Part shown: positions 8,009 through 16,105 of the stretch, piece after piece | Position numbering within the stretch: position 1 is the first letter of the stretch | Layout of the letters: every line of letters starts with the position of its first letter | From: a virus | Lineage: Duplodnaviria; Heunggongvirae; Uroviricota; Caudoviricetes | IMG/VR virus record: IMGVR_UViG_2778261246_000008 | DNA length: 23,044 nt | Direction: 5' to 3' (one strand) | The notes under the pieces: generated by a model | Seen by the model: only the letters and a program-made list of their open reading frames with translations | Databases searched by the model: none | Told to the model about the DNA's origin: nothing | Position numbers and translations under genes: made by a program

Positions 8009-8344
8009 ATGCAACGCATTGACAGAGAAAAAGCGCAGCGACTGATTGAGCGGATGGAAGCGCTGGCGAAAGAAGAAAATGTCAACATCCAAAAAATAGC
8101 TGAATGTGGCCAGATAGTTCTTCGTCGTGAAAAAGACCTCAAACAACTGATGTCTGGCGAAACCAGCAAAACATGGACTTCAGGTGAGGAGACGATTTAT
8201 TGCAGCTTCTGCAATAAATCCCAGTACGAAGTCACAAAGGTGATTGCCGGACCGTCTGTTTACATCTGCAATGAGTGCGTTGATTTGTGCAATGAAGTTA
8301 TCAGGAGAGAAGTGACAGACCATGAAGAAAAAACGCATGAATGA
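8009..8344 (+). CDS. Stand-alone ClpX zinc-binding-domain-like protein (C4 zinc ribbon) with an unrelated N-terminal helical extension
   Basis: The C-terminal segment [40 protein letters not shown] is near-colinear with the N-terminal zinc-binding domain of bacterial ClpX (CSFC...CxxC), but there is no AAA+ module. AGGGGGA Shine-Dalgarno. Confidence 0.8.
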   Translation: MQRIDREKAQRLIERMEALAKEENVNIQKIAECGQIVLRREKDLKQLMSGETSKTWTSGEETIYCSFCNKSQYEVTKVIAGPSVYICNECVDLCNEVIRREVTDHEEKTHE

Positions 8345-8510
8345 CGAATTTGACGGCTTTTAATTTTATCGGGGCGCACTGTCGCCCTGCATGGAGAAAA
8401 ACAATAAAAAAGATGAATAACTGCTCATGTCAGACGCGCTGCGGGCAAGTCTGGCACCCTGCCCTGTCTCCGCAAAGGCTGTTGTCTTAACACGACAGAG
8501 TATGCCAGCA

Positions 8511-8918
8511 TTAAATATAATCTTCTTCGTAGTCGCTGATTAATTCATTGCCATAATCAGACAGCAATTTCAAAGCAAAGGTAACTTCCTCAAGGGTAGC
8601 TATCCCCATTGCTGAAAACACCGTTAATTTAACCAGCAGCAGGGAGTTTGAAAGTTCGGAAGAGTTCATCATTAAAAATATTGATGCAGCCTGAAAAGCT
8701 GTGCGTTTATTCCCATCATGAAAGGCATGAGCCTTGGCTATACCAATCAAATACATAGCAGCCAGAGCATGAATATCATCAACCCCTTCATAGTAGTGTA
8801 GTGTCCTGACGCGATTTAAAGCACCTTCAAGTAGCCCGTCATTGGCATTTCCGCTCTGGGGTAAAGTTTCAGCATGGATACGTTCTACTTGTTCTTTTGA
8901 CAAAAACACTATGTCCAT
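8511..8918 (-). CDS. doc: Doc-family toxin (Fic/Doc fold)
   Basis: Contains the Fic/Doc motif HAFHDGNKRTA. Its start overlaps the stop of the upstream antitoxin gene as ATGA on the minus strand. AT-rich relative to the phage backbone. Confidence 0.85.
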   Translation of the reverse strand: MDIVFLSKEQVERIHAETLPQSGNANDGLLEGALNRVRTLHYYEGVDDIHALAAMYLIGIAKAHAFHDGNKRTAFQAASIFLMMNSSELSNSLLLVKLTVFSAMGIATLEEVTFALKLLSDYGNELISDYEEDYI

Positions 8919-9274
8919 CAGTTATCCTCAAGCTTTTTAATGATATCCGCATGTTTTTCTCTTGTACGCTTCATTGCATCTTCAAAAGACAATCCTTTTT
9001 TTCTCTGTGCGACAAGAGCTGGATGACGTTTTTCCAGATCTCTCACTGCATTTATTAAGAGTGGTTGCTTCATTTTGTTTATTTGATCCCGCAGTTTTTT
9101 GGTTTTGCCAAGGACAGCCCGTATTTCAGGACTAAGATCAGAACCAGCAAGAACAACATCCTTCCCTCCCTGCGCCGTGATAACGACACTGCCACCGGAA
9201 GAAAGGTAATCCAGAATTTCACTCAGGTTCTCACGAAATTCATCATCAGTTACAGTTTTCATATTCATTTCCAT
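8918..9274 (-). CDS. phd: Phd/YefM-family antitoxin
   Basis: Small acidic protein immediately upstream of doc and translationally coupled to it. The N-terminus (KTVTDDEFRENLSEILDYL) fits the Phd/YefM pattern. The true start may be one of the internal ATGs (MEMNMK). Confidence 0.7.
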   Translation of the reverse strand: MEMNMKTVTDDEFRENLSEILDYLSSGGSVVITAQGGKDVVLAGSDLSPEIRAVLGKTKKLRDQINKMKQPLLINAVRDLEKRHPALVAQRKKGLSFEDAMKRTREKHADIIKKLEDN

Positions 9275-9348
9275 TATGCACGCCCATAACGTAAGTATAA
9301 CGGCTTGTTGGGCAGTAATAACACCGCCATATTTTCATTTTATACACC

Positions 9349-9374
9349 GCACAATAGTGCACAAATTTGCACAA
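9349..9374. repeat. Three GCACAA hexamers phased at 10 bp (9349, 9359, 9369), with a fourth at 9441
   Basis: Read directly in the sequence: ccGCACAAtagtGCACAAatttGCACAAttttt. One-helical-turn phasing suggests a protein-binding array, either a phd-doc operator or a terminase/cos accessory site. Confidence 0.4.
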
Positions 9375-9417
9375 TTTTTTTGAACAACTTTTTACCCTTC
9401 CGGCCCGCGTGGCGACT

Positions 9418-9520
9418 GGATCCGTCAAGGATCCGTGCGTGCACAAAAAAACGCGTTTTTTCTGCGCGCAGGTGACGGGGGAACAGCCCGCGTTTCAGGG
9501 GGTAAATAGCATCCCCTGAA
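9418..9520. other. Probable cos (cohesive end) region of the prophage
   Basis: Non-coding stretch between the cargo island and the portal gene Q, where cos lies in P2-like phages. GGTGACGGGGGAACAGCCC (9471-9489) matches the P2 19-nt cohesive end as I recall it (GGCGAGGCGGGGAAAGCAC) at about 13/19 positions. Flanked by a GGATCCGT direct repeat (9418-9425, 9429-9436), the perfect palindrome AAAAAACGCGTTTTTT (9446-9461) and the inverted repeat CAGGGG-N11-CCCCTG (9496-9518). Confidence 0.4.
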
Positions 9521-9748
9521 CGATGTCGCAGCGACACAACAGAATGGCTGTATTTCTCACGCTGAGCATGAAAAAGACGTGAGGACTTTTGATTTGATGG
9601 GGTAGCAGATAAGGCCGTCAAAATCGCACTGAGGCGGCGAGAACATGCAGTCAGCGCAGTGGGATTGCGTAAGAGCCTGACCGTCGATGATGGCGATAAG
9701 CTGGAAGACGTCGTGAAATTATCTGATTGATACAGGAGTTGGAGAGTC

Positions 9749-9771
9749 GGGGCATAAATTTTTTATGCCCC
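9749..9771. other. Perfect 10-bp-stem palindrome GGGGCATAAA-ttt-TTTATGCCCC just downstream of the Q stop
   Basis: Read directly. There is no flanking U-tract on either strand, so it is not a canonical intrinsic terminator; it could be a bidirectional terminator variant or a protein-binding site. Confidence 0.3.
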
Positions 9772-9798
9772 GGCGAAGCAGCAGACAAGCGAAGCGCG

Positions 9799-10845
9799 TC
9801 AGGATGTGGGCTGGGTGTCCAGCAGTGCGTAAGGGTTAAATCGGATCACCTCTTCGCCAAGCCAGTCATTGATATGCTTCATGGCCTCCATGACGGGCAT
9901 CAGCTCGTTAATTGCGTAAACCCGCGCGGCCTTCTCCACATCACCAAACGCACTTTTTTCGCCCGGCATCGCCCCCATCAGTTGCGGCGGAACGCGGTGC
10001 GCAGCCAGCACATCATCACGGGATGCCGCCTTAACATTCATGAACTCATCCTTTGCGGTGATCTGCTGGAACGGCAAAATTTGCACCCCCTCTTTGCCAC
10101 CGTTGGGGGCATGAATGAGCACGTTTTTAAACGCACCACCACCACGTGCACCCTGTAGCGTTTCTTTCAGGGAGTCCATGCTTTCGCGGTTTACCTGCGC
10201 TGCACCGATGTAGATGATGCACCCGGCGTGGGATCCGTTGTCGTAATACAGTTTTCTGAACATGTCCGCCGAATGAGACAGGCTGGCCGAGAGTAATGCG
10301 CCAAGATATTCCGGCATGCCGTAGATTTCCTGGTTAATGTCAGGATTCATCAGGTGGCACACTTTACCAGGGCGAAACTGAAACGCATCCTTGCCATCCT
10401 GCACATACCACCATGATTCAAGATCGCTTCCGCGTCGCATGTATTTCGCCAGGGCGTGCCGTAATTTAAGCGGTTCGCCGAGCATATTGCTTCGAAGCTC
10501 AAGGAATGCGTTACCGAACACAAACCAGTCCAGCGCCAGCGCCGAGAAATCCTGCCGGGAAAGCAGCGGGTGCGGAATATAGCAGCCGAGCAATACATTG
10601 CGCTTAAAGTAAAGCGCAGACTGATGCCAGGACGTTTGCCGGGCAGCTCTTGCCAGACCGTACCAGTCTACCGGGGTTTCATACCACCGCCCGTTATCAG
10701 CACAGTACATATTGTCCAGCAAATCATGCCCGGTCAGGCGATAAGGACCATCAAAAGTGAATGCACTGAGCGACGATTCTTTCCTGAGTGCATCAGCGAG
10801 ATCAATGCGTGAACTCATGCGCACTTTTTTATTTTTTCTGCTCAT
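9799..10845 (-). CDS. Q: Portal protein (P2 gpQ family)
   Basis: 348-aa ORF adjacent to the putative cos and directly downstream of the large terminase gene, with a 1-nt ATGA overlap. Order and size match P2 Q. Confidence 0.88.
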   Translation of the reverse strand: MSRKNKKVRMSSRIDLADALRKESSLSAFTFDGPYRLTGHDLLDNMYCADNGRWYETPVDWYGLARAARQTSWHQSALYFKRNVLLGCYIPHPLLSRQDFSALALDWFVFGNAFLELRSNMLGEPLKLRHALAKYMRRGSDLESWWYVQDGKDAFQFRPGKVCHLMNPDINQEIYGMPEYLGALLSASLSHSADMFRKLYYDNGSHAGCIIYIGAAQVNRESMDSLKETLQGARGGGAFKNVLIHAPNGGKEGVQILPFQQITAKDEFMNVKAASRDDVLAAHRVPPQLMGAMPGEKSAFGDVEKAARVYAINELMPVMEAMKHINDWLGEEVIRFNPYALLDTQPTS

Positions 10846-12596
10846 CAGAACTCCATAACCGTGAAACGCTCGTTTTCTCCTTCGCCGCCAATTGGTTCGT
10901 TAATGACAGCAAGCATGGTTGCCCACGCAAGGTCGCCGTGGCTGATCCCCCTCGCGCGGTCCGTTTCGTAAGTGATAAAGCCGCCCGGTGTTTTCACCTT
11001 ACGCACGGCGTTAAAGGCCGCGACCAGCTCGCGTTCGGCGCGATCGTATTCCCACCGCCCGGCACGCATTATTTGCAGCATTTTCAGTACCAGCGACCGT
11101 TTTGATGACAGCGTGAAGGTGTACGGAATAGCGGCAGGGAAAAACCGTTTCACTATCTGATAAACAGCCTCCCCGTTCCCGCCCGTCACATCAATGCCGA
11201 TGTGTTCCACGTTGTAGCGATACGTGAAATCTTCAATGACTCTGGCCTGTTCTTCAAACTCCAGCCCCTGAACGCGTCGCGTCTCCACCGTTCGAAAACG
11301 GCCACCAGGAACAGCCGGAGGAACCACCACGGACACAGCGCCGCTGTCGCCGTTGCCACTGCTGCCGTTTGCGTCATACCCAATCCATACCGGACGATTC
11401 CCCATCGGGCGGGGAGCAAAAGGTTTCCAGTCTTTCCAGTCGTCGTATCCGTCAACACCGCAGCCAATCAGGATATTCAGGTTAAATGCCGATTCCCCTT
11501 CGCGGACAAACTCACACATATAGAGATTGAGGAACTCGTCTTCGGTGTATTCATCACGAATTTCGTCGATATCGGTGTGTTTCCAGCCGTGATTAACCAC
11601 ATCTTCCAGCGTGACAATTTGCCGCCACATCCGGTCAGGGCAGATAAGCCCGTTATGCAGCGTTTTCCAGTCCACAGAAAAACGCTGGCGTTTATGCGTG
11701 GCCTTTTTCTCGTTCCAGCGGTCGCCGTTCCAGTAGGCGTATGCTTCGTGCGTTTCGGTGGATGGCGTGGAGAAGTAGGTGCGCCGCAGTCCGCTGAGGG
11801 TTGCCATAGCGCCAGCCACCTTGCGCAGTTCAGCAAAGCGACTGACCCAGAAAAATTCATCAAAATAAAAATTGCCCGTATAGGACTGCGCCGACGCAGC
11901 AGAAGTGCCGAGAAAATGCAGCTCTGCGCCGTTGGAGAGGATGATTTTATCGCCCCCTTTCAGCTCCACATCAACTTCAGCCGCAGCCTTCTGAATAATG
12001 CTTTTAAACTGGAACGCCTGACGACGCGACGCAGACAAAAAAATCTGGTTACGCTGGTAAGGTTGCGCCACATCGTCACGCAGCGCCATCAGCAGTGCTT
12101 CCTGTGCAAAATACCAGGTCGCCCCAATCTGTCGGGATTTCAGGATCATCCTGTTACGTATCCCGGCTTCCCTGCAAAGGGTCAGGGAGTCAAACCAGCC
12201 CCGCTGATGCCACTCCAGCCTGCTGATGATTTTTTCCCGCAGTGCGGCAATCTGTTCCGGCGTGAAATGATTTTTGAGTTTTTTCGCCCGGCCTTTCTTC
12301 CCTGTGGCCGTCGCATCCGGCTGGCCATCATGCAGTTTTTTAAGCTGCCGGGTCAGCAGGTCTATTTCCTTGAAGTCACCACCTGTTTTATTCTGTTTTT
12401 CAGTGAGCTGGATGAGGCGCGCATCGATGGACTGCGTGACACGCTGCACGGGTGGCGTTTCATCCCACTGGTCGCGTTTTTTCCACGCATAAATCGTGTT
12501 CGGGTTTATTCCCATCAGACGTGATATTTCTGCGGGCGGATAACCCTGCCAGTAAAGTTGTCGCGCACGCTGGCGCACAAAAGCGTCCTGAATCAT
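10845..12596 (-). CDS. P: Terminase large (ATPase) subunit (P2 gpP family)
   Basis: 583-aa ORF divergent from the O-N-M capsid operon, with a GGGGGAG Shine-Dalgarno. Position and size match P2 P. Confidence 0.9.
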   Translation of the reverse strand: MIQDAFVRQRARQLYWQGYPPAEISRLMGINPNTIYAWKKRDQWDETPPVQRVTQSIDARLIQLTEKQNKTGGDFKEIDLLTRQLKKLHDGQPDATATGKKGRAKKLKNHFTPEQIAALREKIISRLEWHQRGWFDSLTLCREAGIRNRMILKSRQIGATWYFAQEALLMALRDDVAQPYQRNQIFLSASRRQAFQFKSIIQKAAAEVDVELKGGDKIILSNGAELHFLGTSAASAQSYTGNFYFDEFFWVSRFAELRKVAGAMATLSGLRRTYFSTPSTETHEAYAYWNGDRWNEKKATHKRQRFSVDWKTLHNGLICPDRMWRQIVTLEDVVNHGWKHTDIDEIRDEYTEDEFLNLYMCEFVREGESAFNLNILIGCGVDGYDDWKDWKPFAPRPMGNRPVWIGYDANGSSGNGDSGAVSVVVPPAVPGGRFRTVETRRVQGLEFEEQARVIEDFTYRYNVEHIGIDVTGGNGEAVYQIVKRFFPAAIPYTFTLSSKRSLVLKMLQIMRAGRWEYDRAERELVAAFNAVRKVKTPGGFITYETDRARGISHGDLAWATMLAVINEPIGGEGENERFTVMEF

Positions 12597-12750
12597 TGCT
12601 CCCCCTGAGTAATTACAGGAAGATTACCCGCGCGCGAAACTGTTCTCCTTAACCCCCTGTTCTGGCCGTTTTCTTACAACAAAAGCCCTTTGTATCAGCC
12701 TGTTACGCTTTGCCATCATGACTGAAGAACCAGTCAGAGGGGCAAAAACT
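12597..12750. promoter_or_regulatory. Divergent late promoter region (P2 P/O-type), presumably activator-dependent
   Basis: 154-bp intergenic region between divergent late operons. It contains the partial dyad cTGT-N15-ACAa (12658-12678). No exact TGT-N12-ACA Ogr-type site was found. Confidence 0.45.
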
Positions 12751-13587
12751 ATGGCTAATGAAAAAAAGACATCCCGCAAAAAGTTTCGCGTGGCTGTCTC
12801 CGGATCAACTGTTGATGGCCGCGAAATCAGCCCGGTACATCTGCGTGAAGCCGCCGAGAACTTCAACCCGGATGTTTACGCTGCCCGCGTGAACGTTGAG
12901 CACTATCTCTCGCCATGCCCGTCAAGCGAATTTTCCGCAATGGGCGATGTCACCGCACTGAGTACGGAAGACATTACGGAAGGTCCGCTGGCCGGACGTA
13001 CTGCGCTGTATGCAGAAATCGAACCGACCGAGCGCATGAAGCAGCTTGTCGCGGACGGCAAGAAAATCTATTCCAGTATCGAACTGCACCCGCAGTTCTC
13101 CGTTAACGGGCGCGCCTATCTGGTCGGGCTGGCGATGACCGACACCCCGGCAAGCCTGGGCACTGAGCGCCTGAAATTCACGGCACAGCAACGTCAGGCG
13201 GTGATGACGTTCAACAGTGTCCAGGGTGAAGCACCGCTCATTTCCGAAGCCATCGAGTCTGAAATCATCGAAATGGCAGAACAACGCCAGGAAGAAGGCA
13301 CCCAGTGGTTTAACCGCGTTATGGGGATTATTGGCCGTGGCCGCAAAGCGGATGACGCCAGTTTCTCCCGTATTCAGGAAGCGGTGGAAGGCGTCGCAAC
13401 GTCACAGGCCGACATTATCGACCGTTTTAATGTGCTGGAAACCCGCCATCAGCAGGACCGCCAGAAAATCACGTCACTGACCACAGAGCTGACAGCACTG
13501 AAGGAAAAACTGCGCACGCAGGACGGCGATCCGCAGAACCGCTTCACCGCAACGGGCGCAGCCTCCGACCAGCTGGCTGACTTCTGA
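12751..13587 (+). CDS. O: Capsid scaffolding protein (P2 gpO family)
   Basis: Start MANEKKTSRKKFRVAVSGSTVDGREIS with a GAGGGG Shine-Dalgarno. FRV..G.T.DGR.IS and YLVGLAMTDTPASLGTE correspond to P2 O as recalled. Confidence 0.88.
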   Translation: MANEKKTSRKKFRVAVSGSTVDGREISPVHLREAAENFNPDVYAARVNVEHYLSPCPSSEFSAMGDVTALSTEDITEGPLAGRTALYAEIEPTERMKQLVADGKKIYSSIELHPQFSVNGRAYLVGLAMTDTPASLGTERLKFTAQQRQAVMTFNSVQGEAPLISEAIESEIIEMAEQRQEEGTQWFNRVMGIIGRGRKADDASFSRIQEAVEGVATSQADIIDRFNVLETRHQQDRQKITSLTTELTALKEKLRTQDGDPQNRFTATGAASDQLADF

Positions 13588-13609
13588 TAAGACAAAGGAG
13601 CAAATTTTT

Positions 13610-14662
13610 ATGAATCTGGTGATGTCAGATATTACCCGCAACAAGCTGGGTTGCTATATGGCGCAGCAGGCGTCGCTTAACAATATCCCGGTATCTGCAC
13701 TGGTATCGCGATTTACCGTGGAACCCTCGGTGCAGCAGCGTTTTGAAAACGCAGTAAAGGAGAGCACTGAATTTACAAAAAAAATTAACGTGTTCGGTGT
13801 GACTGACCAGAAAGGCGAAAAAATCCTCCTGGACACCACCGGGCCGATTGCGCGCACGAATACCAGTTATGACGGCACAAAACGCCGTAACCCGAATAAC
13901 GTGGTTGATCTGAAAAACCGCAAATACCAGTGCGAACAGGTGAACTACGACACGTTTATTTCGTATCCGCAGCTTGATGCCTGGGCGGCACACCCTGATT
14001 TTCAGTCCCGCGTCAGCACACAGATTGCCCGGCAGGTGGCGCTTGACCGCATCATGATCGGTTTCAACGGCACGTCTCACGCAGATGAGTCCAACTTCAG
14101 CACTAACAAGCTGCTTCAGGACGTTAACGTGGGATGGCTGGAGCACATCAGAACCGACGCCAGCGAGCGCGTTATGAATGATGTAACGCTGACCTCCCGC
14201 AACATGGACAACACCGTGGCGCACGCGGGTAAATATGCGAACGCTGATGCACTGGTACAAGACGCGCGCTCATCCCTGCTGGATGAATGGCACAAGGAAG
14301 CTGACGACCTCGTGGTGATTATGGGGCGCAACCTGTTTAACTCGCTGCGTCTGCCCGTGCTGAACAGCATCAGCGGCCAGAATCCCAATGCGGAATTACT
14401 TGCCGGACAGCTCATCCTGTCATCGCGCGCCATTGGCGGGCTGGATGTATTCCTTGCGCCGTTCTTCCCGGATGCAACGATGCTGATCACCTCGTTCAAC
14501 AACCTGTCAATTTACTGGCAGAAAGGAACAATGCGTCGCCTGATGAAAGACGAGCCGGAATACAACCGCATCGCCACCTACCAGTCCATCAATGACGCTT
14601 ATGTCGTTGAAGACTATGGCAAGTGCGCGATGGTCACTGGCCTGAAGTTCGCCGACAGCTAA
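13610..14662 (+). CDS. N: Major capsid protein (P2 gpN family)
   Basis: 350-aa ORF with an AAGGAG Shine-Dalgarno. FTVEPSV, GWL, LVVIMGRNL, LITSFNNLSIY and YVVEDYG correspond to P2 N as recalled. Confidence 0.9.
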   Translation: MNLVMSDITRNKLGCYMAQQASLNNIPVSALVSRFTVEPSVQQRFENAVKESTEFTKKINVFGVTDQKGEKILLDTTGPIARTNTSYDGTKRRNPNNVVDLKNRKYQCEQVNYDTFISYPQLDAWAAHPDFQSRVSTQIARQVALDRIMIGFNGTSHADESNFSTNKLLQDVNVGWLEHIRTDASERVMNDVTLTSRNMDNTVAHAGKYANADALVQDARSSLLDEWHKEADDLVVIMGRNLFNSLRLPVLNSISGQNPNAELLAGQLILSSRAIGGLDVFLAPFFPDATMLITSFNNLSIYWQKGTMRRLMKDEPEYNRIATYQSINDAYVVEDYGKCAMVTGLKFADS

Positions 14663-14671
14663 TCACCTCAC

Positions 14672-14690
14672 GGCGGGCATCATGCCCGCC
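14672..14690 (+). other. GC-rich hairpin (GGCGGGC-atcat-GCCCGCC) in the N-M intergenic region
   Basis: Read directly. No U-tract follows; it may be an mRNA-stabilising or processing structure downstream of the highly expressed capsid gene. Confidence 0.35.
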
Positions 14691-14707
14691 TGTAACGGAG
14701 AGAAAAA

Positions 14708-15508
14708 ATGATTACTCCTGCACAGCAACACTGGCAGAACGTGATGGCACAGCGCGCAGGCCGGGCGAATGAAGGCGTGGACCACGCCGCGCGTACCGCG
14801 CATGAAGAGGTGCTGTATCGTCTGCGTCTGGTACAGGCCCGGCTTAAGGGCGTACAGGCCAGAAGCGCGAAAGCCGCCATCAAAAAAGAGTTATTGCCGG
14901 ACTTTTCCGGCTGGATTGAGGGAACGCTGGAGGCTGACGGCGGGCAGCAGGATGAAGTGATTGCCACGCTGATGGTCTGGGCGATTGACTGCGGCGATCT
15001 TCCGCTGGCGCTGCGTATTGGCGCATATGTGGTCCGTCACAACCTCATCATGCCGGATAACTTTGGACGTACTGCTGCCACGGTACTGACCGAAGAAATC
15101 TGTAATCCGGTACTGACGCAGGCCGGGACGGATGCCGACGCGGATTTGTCCGCCTTTATCGAACCACTGGACACCCTCCGGGAGATTGTCACCGACCAGG
15201 ACATGCCGGACGAAGTGCGCGCCAAATTATGCAAAGCGTGCGCCTTTGCCCGCCGTGGCCTGAGTGATGCGGACAGCATGGCCCTGTCACTGAAGCTGCT
15301 GCGCGAAGCAATGCACCTGAACCCGAACGCAGGTGTGAAACGCGAGATTGCAACCCTTTCCCGCGCCCTGAAAAAAGCCGATTCCGCAGCCGCACCAGAA
15401 GACGCCAGCGCACAGCAGACGCAGGACGAAAGCAGCAAAAGTAAAAAGACAACGCGGAAGCCTGCAACACGAAAAACCACCGCGACGCAGAAGGCGAAGC
15501 GCGGTTAA
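14708..15508 (+). CDS. M: Terminase small / endonuclease subunit (P2 gpM family)
   Basis: 266-aa ORF following N, with a GGAGAG Shine-Dalgarno and a basic Lys/Thr-rich C-terminal tail. Order matches P2. Confidence 0.82.
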   Translation: MITPAQQHWQNVMAQRAGRANEGVDHAARTAHEEVLYRLRLVQARLKGVQARSAKAAIKKELLPDFSGWIEGTLEADGGQQDEVIATLMVWAIDCGDLPLALRIGAYVVRHNLIMPDNFGRTAATVLTEEICNPVLTQAGTDADADLSAFIEPLDTLREIVTDQDMPDEVRAKLCKACAFARRGLSDADSMALSLKLLREAMHLNPNAGVKREIATLSRALKKADSAAAPEDASAQQTQDESSKSKKTTRKPATRKTTATQKAKRG

Positions 15509-15523
15509 CGACTGACCCCGTCA

Positions 15524-15596
15524 GCGGGCGGCGTGCGCGGTGTTCCGGTTTGACTCCGTGACCGTTTACACCGCGCACCCACCGCCCGATTTTTTT
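15524..15596 (+). terminator. Compound GC-rich stem-loop followed by a T7 run (probable intrinsic terminator or attenuator after M)
   Basis: GCGGGCGGcGTGCGCGGTG (15524-15542) pairs with CACCGCGCACccaCCGCCCG (15569-15588) around a 26-nt loop, followed by A and TTTTTTT (15590-15596). Confidence 0.55.
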
Positions 15597-15610
15597 CAGG
15601 AGTGAACCCC

Positions 15611-16105
15611 ATGAGTATGGTTGCCAGAACTGAACCCGGACCCGCAGAGGACGACATCACCGATACCGATGATGGCGATACCCGCATTTCAGCGGGTGCA
15701 TTCTGGCCGGATATTGTGCTGCGCGAGCTGCGTCTGGCGGTACGACTGCCGGGCCGCGTGACCACCTCCCGCCTGCTGCATACTGCCACCGGGGCTGTGG
15801 CACACGTTACCCGCGAGCTGGAAGCATGGCAGCAGGAACAGCAGGCAGCTGGCCATCAGACGCTGGCCGATGTTCCGGCACCCGTAATTAACGGAGAAAG
15901 CGTCAATCTCTGGCACTGGCGCAATGCTGTTTATACCGCCACGCGCGCCCTGATTCTGGAGCGTTATCGTGATGCAGACACAACGGACAAGGGCGACCGC
16001 CGGGCGGACGCACTGGATATACAGACATCGGATTTGTGGCGCGATGTGAGCTGGGCCATCTCTGACATTCTGTGCCGCCCGCGAATCTTTGCGGAATTGT
16101 GCTGA
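15611..16105 (+). CDS. L: Head completion/stabilisation protein (P2 gpL family)
   Basis: ATG at 15611 with an AGGAG Shine-Dalgarno. Position after M and size (164 aa) match P2 L. Confidence 0.8.
   Translation: MSMVARTEPGPAEDDITDTDDGDTRISAGAFWPDIVLRELRLAVRLPGRVTTSRLLHTATGAVAHVTRELEAWQQEQQAAGHQTLADVPAPVINGESVNLWHWRNAVYTATRALILERYRDADTTDKGDRRADALDIQTSDLWRDVSWAISDILCRPRIFAELC

Noticed and set aside
8371-8387. GGGGCG-cactgt-CGCCC hairpin downstream of the ClpX-mimic gene as an intrinsic terminator
   Set aside because: No U-tract follows on either strand, so it cannot be called a canonical rho-independent terminator from sequence alone.
6594-9440. P2 tin/old-type defence genes at the A-cos junction
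   Set aside because: None of the ORFs here shows the ATPase-nuclease (Old) features; the locus is occupied by parMR-like, ClpX-mimic and phd-doc genes instead.
11202-12524. 440-aa plus-strand ORF
   Set aside because: Antisense shadow ORF inside the terminase large-subunit gene P; no start context and no recognisable family.
12597-12750. Exact Ogr/Delta-type TGT-N12-ACA late activator site
   Set aside because: Manual scan of the P/O intergenic region found no exact match; only a TGT-N15-ACA dyad, reported as a low-confidence finding.
13625-14260. 211-aa minus-strand ORF
   Set aside because: Antisense to the major capsid gene N; spurious.
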